Assembly (NCBI RefSeq): GCF_009914755.1
Contig: NC_060948.1
Origin: the human T2T-CHM13v2.0 reference genome, Homo sapiens
Strand: one strand, 5' to 3'
Length of the DNA: 64,000 bases
Shown here: one piece after another, positions 12,554-26,774 of the stretch
Position numbering within the stretch: the first letter of the stretch is position 1
How the letters are laid out: the number at the start of each line of letters is the position of its first letter
Notes under the pieces: model-generated
Told to the model about the DNA's origin: nothing
The model's input: the letters and a program-made list of their open reading frames with translations, nothing else
The model's database searches: none
Translations under genes and position numbers: made by a program

Positions 12554-15500
12554 GGCCTGGAATAAAGTGGAATGCTACGGTCTCGAATGGAATAAAAATT
12601 TATGGAATGGAATGCAATGAAACGGAATCGAATGTCATAGAATGTAATGGAATGCAAAAAAATGGAATCCAAAATCATTGACTGGAAAGTCTGGGTGTCG
12701 AAAGGAATTGACTCCAATGGAATGGAATCGAATGGAATGGAAGTGAATAGAATCGAACTAAATCGAATGGAATGGAATTGATAGGAACGGAATGGAAAGG
12801 AATGCAATGATTTGGCATGGAATGGAATCGAATGGCATCGAATGGAATGGAATGGAATGCAATGGAATGGAATGTATTAGAATGTAATGAACTTTAATGG
12901 AATGTACTCGAATGGATTCGACTGGAATGGAATGTTCTGGAAGTGAATGGACTCCAATGGAATGGATTCAAAAGGAATGGAATCGTACGGAATGGAATAT
13001 AATGGAATGGAATTAAATGGAAATGAATCAAATTGAATAGCACGGAATTGAATTGAATGGAATCGAATGCAATGGAATCTAATGAAACGGAAAGGAAAGG
13101 AATGCAATGGAATGGAATGCAATGGAATGCAAAGCAATCGAAACGAATGGAATGGAATCGAACTGAAGAGACTGGAATGGAATGCACTGGAATGGAAGGG
13201 AGTGTAATGGAAGGTTCTCGAAATTAATGGAAGCAAATGGAATGGAATTGAATGGAACGGAATAGAGTCGAATGAAATTGAATGGAATGGAATGGACTAG
13301 AGTGAAATGGAATCGAACCACAAGGAATGGACAGGAATAGAATGGTCTCGAATTGAATGGAATCGTATGGAATGGCATCAAACGGAATGGAATGGACAGC
13401 CACGGAATGGAATGCACTCGAATGCAATGGATTCGAAACTTATGGACTGGAATAGAATGGACTCGACTGGTACGGACTCCAATGGAATGGAATCGAATGG
13501 AAGGGATTCGAACGGAATGGACTCGAAGGGAAAAGACTGCAATGGAAAGGTCTCGAATGGAATGGAAATTAATGGAATGGAATGGAATCGAATGAAATGG
13601 AGTCAAAAGGAATGGAATCGAATGGCAAGAAATCGAATGTAATGGAATCGCAAGGAATTGATGTGAACGGAACGGAATGGAATGGAATCCAAAGGAATGG
13701 AATAGAATGGAATGGAATCGAATGGAAAGGACTCGAATGGAAATCACTCGAATAGAATGCAATTTAATAAAATAGGATCAAATGTAATTGAATGGAATGG
13801 AAAGGAATCGAAACGAAAGGAATGGAGACAGATGGAATGGAATGGAACAGAGAGCAATGGTATAGAATGGAATGGAATCATCTGGAATGGAATTGAATGG
13901 AATGGAATAATATGAAATGGAATGGAATGGAATGGAATGGAAAGCCCTTGAATTAAATGGACTGGAATGGAATGGACTCGAACAGAGTGGAATGGAAAGT
14001 GTTGAGATAGAATGGAATGGACTCTTTTGGAATGGTCTAGTATGCAATGCAATCGACTGGCAGGGAATCAAAAGGAATGTAATCGAATGGATTAGACAGG
14101 AATGCAATGGACTCGAATAGATTGGAAACGGAATGCAAAGGAATGGAATGGAATAGTATGGAATGGAATGGAAAGGAATGGAGTGGAATAGACTAGAGTG
14201 GAATGGAATGGACTGGAAAGCAATGGACTGGAATGGAACTTTCTTGAATGGACTGGAATCAAACGGAATGGAATGCAATGCAATCAAATGGCATGGAATA
14301 AAATAGAATGAAAGAGAATCAAATGGAATTGAATCGAATGGAATCGAATGGATTGGAAAGGAATAGAATGGAATGGAATGGAATTGACTCAAATGGAATG
14401 GACTAGAATGGAATGGATTCGAATGGAAGGCAAAGGAATGGAATCTATTGGAATGGACTGTAATGGAATGGAATGGAAGGGATTGGAATGGACTCGAATG
14501 GAATGGACTGCAATAGAAAGGATTCGAATGGAATGAAAAAGAATTGAATGGAATAGAACAGAATGGAATCAAATCGAATGAAATGGAATGGAATAGAAAG
14601 GAATGGAATGAAATGGAATGGAAAGGATTCGAATGGAATGCAATCGAATGGAATGGAATCGAACGGAATGGAATAAAATGGAAGAAAACTGGCAAGAAAT
14701 GGAATCGAAATGAATGGAGTGTTATGGAACGGACTCAAAAGGAATTGAATGTAATAGAATGGAGTGGAGTGGACTCGAATATAATGGACTGGAATGGAAT
14801 GAAATCACATGGAATGGGAACGAATGGAATGGAATGGAAAGGAATGGAATCGAATGGAAAGGAATCGAACGGAAGGGAATGAAATTGAATCAACAGGAAT
14901 GGAAGGGAATAGAATAGACGGTAATGGAATGGACTCGAATAGAATGGACACGCATGCTCAAATTGAATGGACTCGAATGGAATGGAAACGAAAGGAATGT
15001 CATCGAATGGAATTGAATCGATTGGAATGAAATCGCATAGAATGGAGTGGAATCAAATGGAATTGAATCGAAAGGAAAGGAAGCGAATGGACTGAAATGA
15101 AATGGAATGGAATTGAATGGAAAGTAATGCAATGGAATAGAATGGAACGAAATTTCACGGAATGGAATCAAACTGAATGGAATCAAATCAATGGAATCAA
15201 ATCAAATGGAATGGAGTAGATTGGATTGGATGGGATTGGAAGGAAATGTACTGGAAAGGACTCGAATTTCATGAAACGGAATGGAATGAATTGGAACGGA
15301 ATGTACTCGAATGGAATGGAATGTCATAGAATGGCATCAAATTGAATGGCATCAAATGCAATGGAATCGAATGCAATGGAATGCTATGGAATGGAATGGC
15401 ATGCATTGGAATGGAATGTCCTCTAATGGAATGGATTCGAGTGGAATGGAATCGAATATAATGGAGTCGAATGAAATGGAATTGAAAGGAATGGGATCGA

Positions 15501-16087
15501 ATACAATGGAATATACTGGAATGTAATGTAATGAACTCGAATGTAATTGACTGGAATGGAATGTACATGAATGGAATGTAATCGAATGGAAAGTAATCCA
15601 ATGGAATAGAATCTAATGCAATAAAATCGACTCAGATAGAGTAGAATGTAATGGAATGGAGTGCAGTGCAATGGAATGGAATGCAATGGAATGGAATGGA
15701 ATGGAATGGAATGGAATGGAATGGGATGGAATGGTATGGAATGGATAGTAATGGACTGGAGTGAAATGGACTGGAAAGGAATGGACTCAAATTGAAAGGG
15801 CTCGAAAGGAATGGAGTCAAATGGAATGGTCTGGAATGGAATGAACACGAATGTAATGCAATCCAATAGAATGGAATCGAATGGCATGGAATATAAAGAA
15901 ATGGAATCGAAGAGAATGGAAACAAATGGAATGGAATTGAATGGAATGGAATTGAATGGAATGGGAACGAATGGAGTGAAATTGTATGCAGTAGAAGGGA
16001 ATAGAATGGAATGCAACCGAAAGGAAAGGAATGGATTGGAATGGAATGGAATTCATTGGAATGGAAGGGAATGTAGTGTAATGGACA
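12554..16087 (+). repeat. DYZ1 unit, 3534 bp (chimeric; contains the duplication junction)
   Basis: GGCC at 12554 to GGCC at 16088. Confidence 0.92.
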
Positions 16088-19000
16088 GGCCTGGAATAAA
16101 GTGGAATGCTACGGTCTCGAATGGAATAAAAGTGTATGGAATGGAATGCAATGAAACGGAATCGAATGTCATAGAATGTAATGGAATGCAAAAAAATGGA
16201 ATCCAAAATCATTGACTGGAAAGGCTGGGTGTCGAAAGGAATTGACTGCAATGGAATGGAATCGAATGGAATGGAAGTGAATAGAATCGAACTAAATCGA
16301 ATGGAATGGAATTGATAGGAACGGAATGGAAAGGAATGCAATGATTTGGCATGGAATGGAATCGAATGGCATCGAATGGAATGGAATGGAATGCAATGGA
16401 ATGGAATGTATTAGAATGTAATGAACATTAGTGGAATGTACTCGAATGGATTCGACTGGAATGGAATGTTCTGGAAGTGAATGGACTCCAATGGAATGGA
16501 TTCGAAAGGAATGGAATCGAACGGAATGGAATCTAATGGAATGGAATTAAATGGAAATGAATCAAATTGAATAGCACGGAATTGAATTGAATGGAATCGA
16601 ATGCAATGGAATCTAATGAAACGGAAAGGAAAGAATGGAATGGAATAGAATGGGCTGGAATGGAAAGGAATCGAAACGAATGGAATGGAATCGAAGTGAA
16701 GAGACTGCAATGGAATGCACTGGAATGGAAGGTTCTCGAAAAAAATGGAATCGAATGGAATGGAATTGAATGGAACGGAATAGAGTCGAATGGAATTGAA
16801 TGGAATGGAATGGACTAGAGTGAAATGGAATCGAACCACAAGGAATGGACAGGAATAGAATGGTCTCGAATTTAATGGAATCGTATGGAATGGCATCAAA
16901 CGGAATGGAATGGACAGCCACGGAATGGAATGCACTCGAATGCAATGGAGTCGAAACTAATGGACTGGAATAGAATGGACTCGACTGGTACGGACTCCAA
17001 TGGAATGGAATCGAATGGAAGGGAATCGAACGGAAGGGAATCGAACGGAATGGACTCGAAGGGAAAAGACTGCAATGGAAAGGTCTCGAATGGAATGGAA
17101 ATTAATGGAATGGAATGGAATCGAATGAAATGGAGTCAAAAGGAATCGAATCGAATGGCAAGAAATCGAATGTAATGGAATCGCCAGGAATTGATGTGAA
17201 CGGAACGGAATGGAATGGAATCCAAAGGAATGGAATAGAATGGAATGGAATCGAATGGAAAGGACTCGAATGGAAATCACTCGAATAGAATGCAATTTAA
17301 TAAAATAGGATCAAATGTAATGGAATGGAATGGAAAGGAATCGAAACGAAAGGAATGGAGACAGATGGAATGGAATGGAACAGAGAGCAATGGTATAGAA
17401 TGGAATGGAATCATCTGGAATGGAATTGAATGGAATGGAATAATATGAAATGGAATGGAATGGAATGGAATGGAATGCCCTTGAATTAAATGGACTGGAA
17501 AGGAATGGACTCAAACAGAGTGGAATGGAAAGTGTGGAGATAGAATGGAATGAACTCCTTTGGAATGGTGTAGTTTGCAATGCAATCGACTCTCAGGGAA
17601 TCAAAAGGAATGTAATCGAATGGATTGGACTGGAATGCAATGGACTCGAATAGATTGGAAACGGAATGCAAAGGAATGGAATGGAATAGTATGGAATGCA
17701 ATGGAAGGGAATGGAGTGGAATAGACTAGAGTGGAATGGAATGGACTGGAAAGCAATGGACTGGAATGGAACTTTCTTGGATGGACTGGAATCAAACGGA
17801 ATGGAATGCAATGCAATCAAATGGCATGGAATAAAATAGAATGAAAGAGAATCAAATGGAATTGAATCGAATGGAATCGAATGGATTGGAAAGGAATAGA
17901 ATGGAATGGAATGGAATTGACTCAAATGGAATGGACTAGAATGGAATGGATTCGAATGGAAGGCAAAGGAATAGAATCTATTGGAATGGACTGTAATGGA
18001 ATGGAATGGAAGGGATTGGAATGGACTCGAATGGAATGGACTGCAATAGAAAGGATTCGAATGGAATGAAAAAGAATTGAATGGAATAGAACAGAATGGA
18101 ATCAAATCGAATGAAATGGAATGGAATAGAAAGGAATGGAATGAAATGGAATGGAAAGGATTCGAATGGAATGCAATCGAATGGAATGGAATCGAACGGA
18201 ATGGAATAAAATGGAAGAAAACTGGCAAGAAATGGAATCGAAATGAATGGAGTGTTATGGAACGGACTCAAAAGGAATTGAATGTAACGGAATGGAGTGG
18301 AGTGGACTCGAATATAATGGACTGGAATGGAATGAAATCACATGGAATGGGAACGAATGGAATGGAAAGGAATGGAATCGAATGGAAAGGAATCGAATGG
18401 AAGGAAATGAAATTGAATCAACAGGAATGGAAGGGAATAGAATAGACTGTAATGGAATGGACTCGAATAGAATGGACACGAATGCTCAAATTAAATGGAC
18501 TCGAATGGAATGGAAACGAAAGGAATGTCATCGAATGGAATTGAATCGATTGGAATGAAATCGCATAGAATGGAGTGGAATCAAATGGAATTGAATCGAA
18601 AGGAAAGGAAGCGAATGGACTGAAATGAAATGGAATGGAATTGAATGGAAAGTAATGCAATGGAATAGAATGGAACGAAATTTCACGGAATGGAATCAAA
18701 CTGAATGGAATCAAATCAATGGAATCAAATCAAATGGAATGGAAAGGAATTGAATGGAGTAGATGGGATTGGATGGGATTGGAATGAAATGTACTGGAAA
18801 GGACTCGAATTTCATGAAACGGAATGGAATGAATTGGAACGGAATGGACTCGAATGGAATGGAATGTCATGGGATGGCATCAAATGTAATGGCATCAAAT
18901 GGAATGGAATCGAATGCAATGGAATGCTATGGAATGGAATGGAATGCATTGGAATGGAATGTCCTCTAATGGAATGGATTCGAGTGGAATGGAATCGAAT

Positions 19001-19645
19001 ATAATGGAGTCGAATGAAATGGAATTGAAAGGAATGGGATCGAATACAATGGAATATACTGGAATGTAACGTAATGAACTCCAATGTAATTGACTGGAAT
19101 GGAATGTACATGAATGGAATGTAATCGAATGGAAAGTAATCCAATGGAATAGAATCTAATGCAATAAAATCGACTCAGATAGAGTAGAATGTAATGGAAT
19201 GGAGTGCAGTGCAATGGAATGGAATGGAATGGAATGCAATGGAATGGAATGGTATGGAATGGAATGGAATGGAATGGAATGGAATGGAATGGAATGGGAT
19301 GGAATGGTATGGAATGGATAGTAATGGACTGGAGTGAAATGGACTGGAAAGGAATGGACTCAAATTGAAAGGGCTCGAAAGGAATGGAGTCAAATGGAAT
19401 GGTCTGGAATGGAATGAACACGAATGTAATGCAACCCAATAGAATGGAATCGAATGGCATGGAATATAAAGAAATAGAATCGAAGAGAATGGAAACAAAT
19501 GGAATGGAATTGAATGGAATGGGAACGAATGGAGTGAAATTGTATGCAGTAGAAGAGAATAGAATGGAATGCAAGCGAAAGGAAAGGAATGGATTGGAAT
19601 GGAATGGAATTCATTGGAATGGAAGGGAATGTAGTGTAATGGACA
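16088..19645 (+). repeat. DYZ1 unit, 3558 bp (near-identical to 8996-12553)
   Basis: GGCC at 16088 to GGCC at 19646. Confidence 0.92.
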
Positions 19646-22600
19646 GGCCTGGAATAAAGTGGAATGCTACGGTCTCGAATGGAATAAAAATTTATGGAAT
19701 GGAATGCAATGAAACGGAATCGAATGTCATAGAATGTAATGGAATGCAAAAAAATGGAATCCAAAATCATTGACTGGAAAGTCTGGGTGTCGAAAGGAAT
19801 TGACTCCAATGGAATGGAATCGAATGGAATGGAAGTGAATAGAATCGAACTAAATCGAATGGAATGGAATTGATAGGAACGGAATGGAAAGGAATGCAAT
19901 GATTTGGCATGGAATGGAATCGAATGGCATCGAATGGAATGGAATGGAATGCAATGGAATGGAATGTATTAGAATGTAATGAACTTTAATGGAATGTACT
20001 CGAATGGATTCGACTGGAATGGAATGTTCTGGAAGTGAATGGACTCCAATGGAATGGATTCAAAAGGAATGGAATCGTACGGAATGGAATATAATGGAAT
20101 GGAATTAAATGGAAATGAATCAAATTGAATAGCACGGAATTGAATTGAATGGAATCGAATGCAATGGAATCTAATGAAACGGAAAGGAAAGGAATGCAAT
20201 GGAATGGAATGCAATGGAATGCAAAGGAATCGAAACGAATGGAATGGAATCGAACTGAAGAGACTGGAATGGAATGCACTGGAATGGAAGGGAGTGTAAT
20301 GGAAGGTTCTCGAAAAAAATGGAATCGAATGGAATGGAATTGAATGGAACGGAATAGAGTCGAATGGAATTGAATGGAATGGAATGGACTAGAGTGAAAT
20401 GGAATCGAACCACAAGGAATGGACAGGAATAGAATGGTCTCGAATTGAATGGAATCGTATGGAATGGCATCAAACGGAATGGAATGGACAGCCACGGAAT
20501 GGAATGCACTCGAATGCAACGGAGTCGAAACTAATGGACTGGAATAGAATGGACTCGACTGGTACGGACTCCAATGGAATGGAATCGAATGGAAGGGAAT
20601 CGAACGGAATGGACTCGAAGGGAAAAGACAGCAATGGAAAGGTCTCGAATGGAATGGAAATTAATGGAATGGAATGGAATCGAATGAAATGGAGTCAAAA
20701 GGAATGGAATCGAATGGCAAGAAATCGAATGTAATGGAATCGCAAGGAATTGATGTGAACGGAACGGAATGGAATGGAATCCAAAGGAATGGAATGGAAT
20801 GGAATGGAATCGAATGGAAAGGACTGGAATGGAAATCACTCGAATAGAATGCAATTTAATAAAATAGGGTCAAATGTAATGGAATGGAATGGAAAGGAAT
20901 CGAAACGAAAGGAATGGAGACAGATGGAATGGAATGGGACAGAGAGCAATGGTATAGAATGGAATGGAATCATCTGGAATGGAATTGAATGGAATGGAAT
21001 AATATGAAATGGAATGGAATGGAATGGAATGGAATGCCCTTGAATTAAAAGGACTGGAATGGAATGGACTCGAACAGAGTGGAATGGAAAGTGTTGAGAT
21101 AGAATGGAATGGACTCTTTTGGAATGGTCTAGTATGCAATGCAATCGACTGGCAGGGAATCAAAAGGAATGTAATCGAATGGATTAGACTGGAATGCAAT
21201 GGACTCGAATAGATTGGAAACGGAATGCAAAGGAATGGAATGGAATAGTATGGAATGGAATGGAAAGGAATGGAGTGGAATAGACTAGAGTGGAATGGAA
21301 TGGACTGGAAAGCAATGGACTGGAATGGAACTTTCTTGAATGGACTGGAATCAAACGGAATGGAATGCAATGCAATCAAATGGCATGGAATAAAATAGAA
21401 TGAAAGAGAATCAAATGGAATTGAATCGAATGGAATCGAATGGATTGGAAAGGAATAGAATGGAATGGAATGGAATTGACTCAAATGGAATGGACTAGAA
21501 TGGAATGGATTCGAATGGAAGGCAAAGGAATGGAATCTATTGGAATGGACTGTAATGGAATGGAATGGAAGGGATTGGAATGGACTCGAATGGAATGGAC
21601 TGCAATAGAAAGGATTCGAATGGAATGAAAAAGAATTGAATGGAATAGAACAGAATGGAATCAAATCGAATGAAATGGAATGGAATAGAAAGGAATGGAA
21701 TGAAATGGAATGGAAAGGATTCGAATGGAATGCAATCGAATGGAATGGAATCGAACGGAATGGAATAAAATGGAAGAAAACTGGCAAGAAATGGAATCGA
21801 AATGAATGGAGTGTTATGGAACGGACTCAAAAGGAATTGAATGTATATAGAAAGGAGTGGAGTGGACTCGAATATAATGGACTGGAATGGAATGAAATCA
21901 CATGGAATGGGAACGAATGGAATGGAATGGAAAGGAATGGAATCGAATGGAAAGGAATCGAATGGAAGGGAATGAAATTGAATCAACAGGAATGGAAGGG
22001 AATAGAATAGACGGTAATGGAATGGACTCGAATAGAATGGACACGAATGCTCAAATTGAATGGACTCGAATGGAATGGAAACGAAAGGAATGTCATCGAA
22101 TGGAATTGAATCGATTGGAATGAAATCGCATAGAATGGAGTGGAATCAAATGGAATTGAATCGAAAGGAAAGGAAGCGAATGGACTGAAATGAAATGGAA
22201 TGGAATTGAATGGAAAGTAATGCAATGGAATAGAATGGAACGAAATTTCACGGAATGGAATCAAACTGAATGGAATCAAATCAATGCAATCAAATCAAAT
22301 GGAATGGAAAGGAATTGAATGGAGTAGATTGGATTGGATGGGATTGGAATGAAATGTACTGGAAAGGACTCGAATTTCATGAAACGGAATGGAATGAATT
22401 GGAACGGAATGGACTCGAATGGAATGGAATGTCATGGAATGGCATCAAATGGAATGGCATCAAATGGAATGGAATCGAATGCAATGGAATGCTATGGAAT
22501 GGAATGGAATGCATTGGAATGGAATGTCCTCTAATGGAATGGATTCGAGTGGAATGGAATCGAATATAATGGAGTCGAATGAAAAGGAATTGAAAGGAAT

Positions 22601-23215
22601 GGGATCGAATACAACGGAATATACTGGAATGTAATGTAATGAACTCGAATGTAATTGACTGGAATGGAATGTACATGAATGGAATGTAATCGAATGGAAA
22701 GTAATCCAATGGAATAGAATCTAATGCAATAAAATCGACTCAGATAGAGTAGAATGTAATGGAATGGAGTGCAGTGCAATGGAATGGAATGGAATGGAAT
22801 GCAATGGAATGGAATGGAATGGAATGGAATGGAATGGAATGGAATGGAATGGGATGGAATGGTATGGAATGGATAGTAATGGACTGGAATGAAATGGACT
22901 GGAAAAGAATGGACTCAAATTGAAAGGGCTCGAAAGGAATGGAGTCAAATGGAATGGTCTGGAATGGAATGAACACGAATGTAATGCAATCCAATAGAAT
23001 GGAATCGAATGGCATGGAATATAAAGAAATGGAATCGAAGAGAATGGAAACAAATGGAATGGAATTGAATGGAATGGAATTGAATGGAATGGGAACGAAT
23101 GGAGTGAAATTTTATGCAGTAGAAGAGAATAGAATGGAATGCAAGCGAAAGGAAAGGAATGGATTGCAATGGAATGGAATTCATTGAAATGGAAGGAAAT
23201 GTAGTGTAATGGACA
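19646..23215 (+). repeat. DYZ1 unit, 3570 bp (1-bp insertion near 21846)
   Basis: GGCC at 19646 to GGCC at 23216. Confidence 0.92.
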
Positions 23216-26200
23216 GGCCTGGAATAAAGTGGAATGCTACGGTCTCGAATGGAATAAAAATGTATGGAATGGAATGCAATGAAACGGAATCGAATGTCAT
23301 AGAATGTAATGGAATGCAAAAAAATGGAATCCAAAATCATTGACTGGAAAGGCTGGGTGTCGAAAGGAATTGACTCCAATGGAATGGAATCGAATGGAAT
23401 GGAAGTGAATAGAATCGAACTAAATCGAATGGAATGGAATTGATAGGAACGGAATGGAAAGGAATGCAATGATTTGGCATGGAATGGAATCGAATGGCAT
23501 CGAATGGAATGGAATGGAATGCAATGGAATGGAATGTATTAGAATGTAATGAACATTAATGGAATGTACTCGAATGGATTCGACTGGAATGGAATGTTCT
23601 GGAAGTGAATGGACTCCAATGGAATGGATTCGAAAGGAATGGAATCGAACGGAATGGAATCTAATGGAATGGAATTAAATGGAAATGAATCAAATTGAAT
23701 AGCACGGAATTGAATTGAATGGAATCGAATGCAATGGAATCTAATGAAACGGAAAGGAAAGGAATGGAATGGAATGGAATGGGCTGGAATGGAAAGGAAT
23801 CGAAACGAATGGAATGGAATCGAACTGAAGAGACTGGAATGGAATGCACTGGAATGGAAGGGATTGTAATGGAAGGTTCTCGAAAATAATGGAAGCAAAT
23901 GGAATGGAATTGAATGGAACGGAATAGAGTCGAATGGAATTGAATGGAATGGAATGGACTAGAGTGAAATGGAATCGAACCACAAGGAATGGACAGGAAT
24001 AGAATGGTCTCGAATTGAATGGAATCGTATGGAATGGCATCAAACGGAATGGAATGGACAGCCACGGAATGGAATGCACTCGAATGCAATGGAGTCGAAA
24101 CTTATGGACTGGAATAGAATGCGCTCGACTGGTACGGACTCCAAAGGAATGGAATCGAATGGAAGGGATTCGAACGGAATGGACTCGAAGGGAAAAGACT
24201 GCAATGGAAAGGTCTCGAATGGAATGGAAATTAATGGAATGGAATGGAATCGAATGAAATGGAGTCAAAAGGAATGGAATCGAATGGCAAGAAATCGAAT
24301 GTAATGGAATCACAAGGAATTGATGTGAACGGAACGGAATGGAATGGAATCCAAAGGAATGGAATAGAATGGAATGCAATCGAATGGAAAGGACTCGAAT
24401 GGAAATCACTCGAATAGAATGCAATTTAATAAAATAGGATCAAATGTAATGGAATGGAATGAAAAGGAATCGAAACGAAAGGAATGGAGACAGATGGAAT
24501 GGAATGGAACAGAGAGCAATGGTATAGAATGGAATGGAATCATCTGGAATGGAATTGAATGGAATGGAATAATATGAAATGGAATGGAATGGAATGGAAT
24601 GGAATGCCCTTGAATTAAATGGACTGGAATGGAATGGACTCGAACAGAGTGGAATGGAAAGTGTTGAGATAGAATGGAATGGACTCCTTTGGAATGGTGT
24701 AGTATGCAATGCAATCGACTGGCAGGGAATCAAAAGGAATGTAATGGAATGGATTGGACTGGAATGCAATGGACTCGAATAGATTGGAAACGGAATGCAA
24801 AGGAATGGAATGGAATAGTATGGAATGGAATGGAAAGGAATGGAGTGGAATAGACTAGAGTGGAATGGAATGGACTGGAAAGCAATGGACTGGAATGGAA
24901 CTTTCTTGAATGGACTGGAATCAAACGGAATGGAATGCAATGCAATCAAATGGCATGGAATAAAATAGAATGAAAGAGAATCAAATGGAATTGAATCGAA
25001 TGGAATCGAATGGATTGGAAAGGAATAGAATGGAATGGAATGGAATTGACTCAAATGGAATGGACTAGAATGGAATGGATTCGAATGGAAGGCAAAGGAA
25101 TGGAATCTATTGGAATGGACTGTAATGGAATGGAATGGAAGGGATTGGAATGGACTCGAATGGAATGGACTGCAATAGAAAGGATTCGAATGGAATGAAA
25201 AAGAATTGAATGGAATAGAACAGAATGGAATCAAATCGAATGAAATGGAATGGAATAGAAAGGAATGGAATGAAATGGAATGGAAAGGATTCGAATGGAA
25301 TGCAATCGAATGGAATGGAATCGAACGGAATGGAATAAAATGGAAGAAAACTGGCAAGAAATGGAATCGAAATGAATGGAGTGTTATGGAACGGACTCAA
25401 AAGGAATTGAATGTAATAGAATGGAGTGGAGTGGACTCGAATATAATGGACTGGAATGGAATGAAATCACATGGAATGGGAACGAATGGAATGGAATGGA
25501 AAGGAATGGAATCGAATGGAAAGGAATCGAATGGAAGGGAATGAAATTGAATCAACAGGAATGGAAGGGAATAGAATAGACGGTAATGGAATGGACTCGA
25601 ATAGAATGGACACGAATGCTCAAATTGAATGGACTCGAATGGAATGGAAACGAAAGGAATGTCATCGAATGGAATTGAATCGATTGGAATGAAATCGCAT
25701 AGAATGGAGTGGAATCAAATGGAATTGAATCGAAAGGAAAGGAAGCGAATGGACTGAAATGAAATGGAATGGAATTGAATGGAAAGTAATGCAATGGAAT
25801 AGAATGGAACGAAATTTCACGGAATGGAATCAAACTGAATGGAATCAAATCAATGGAATCTAATCAAATGGAATGGAAAGGAATTGAATGGAGTAGATTG
25901 GATTGGATGGGATTGGAATGAAATGTACTGGAAAGGACTCGAATTTCATGAAACGGAATGGAATGAATTGGAACGGAATGGACTCGAATGGAATGGAATG
26001 TCATGGAATGGCATCAAATGGAATGGCATCAAATGGAATGGAATCGAATGCAATGGAATGCTATGGAATGGAATGCAATGCATTGGAATGGAATGTCCTC
26101 TAATGGAATGGATTCGAGTGGAATGGAATCGAATATAATGGAGTCGAATGAAATGGAATTGAAAGGAATGGGATCGAATACAATGGAATATACTGGAATG

Positions 26201-26774
26201 TAATGTAATGAACTCGAATGTAATTGACTGGAATGGAATGTACATGAATGGAATGTAATCGAATGGAAAGTAATCCAATGGAATAGAATCTAATGCAATA
26301 AAATCGACTCAGATAGAGTAGAATGTAATGGAATGGAGTGCAGTGCAATGGAATGGAATGGAATGGAATGCAATTGAATGGAATGGAATGGAATGGAATG
26401 CAATGGAATGGGATGGAATGGTATGGAATGGATAGTAATGGACTGGAGTGAAATGGACTGGAAAGGAATGGACTCAAATTCAAAGGGCTCGAAAGGAATG
26501 GAGTCAAATGGAATGGTCTGGAATGGAATGAACACGAATGTAATGCAATCCAATAGAATGGAATCGAATGGCATGGAATATAAAGAAATGGAATCGAAGA
26601 GAATGGAAACAAATGGAATGGAATTGAATGGAATGGAATTGAATGGAATGGGAACGAATGGAGTGAAATTGTATGCAGTAGAAGGGAATAGAATGGAATG
26701 CAAGCGAAAGGAAAGGAATGGATTGGAATGGAATGGAATTCATTGGAATGGAAGGGAATGTAGTGTAATGGACA
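23216..26774 (+). repeat. DYZ1 unit, 3559 bp
   Basis: GGCC at 23216 to GGCC at 26775. Confidence 0.92.

Larger units (their letters stand above)
6130..20225 (+). repeat. 7092-bp two-unit tandem duplication (2 copies)
   Basis: Constant 7092 offset of ORFs (6132->13224, 8177->15269, 11720->18812, 12877->19969), with shared private indels and SNVs. Confidence 0.93.

Noticed and set aside
25855-25865. DUX4-like site GAATCTAATCA created by the A>T variant
   Set aside because: It mismatches the first T of the TAAT core (TAATCTAATCA) and occurs in only three units. Near-matches are expected in this composition.
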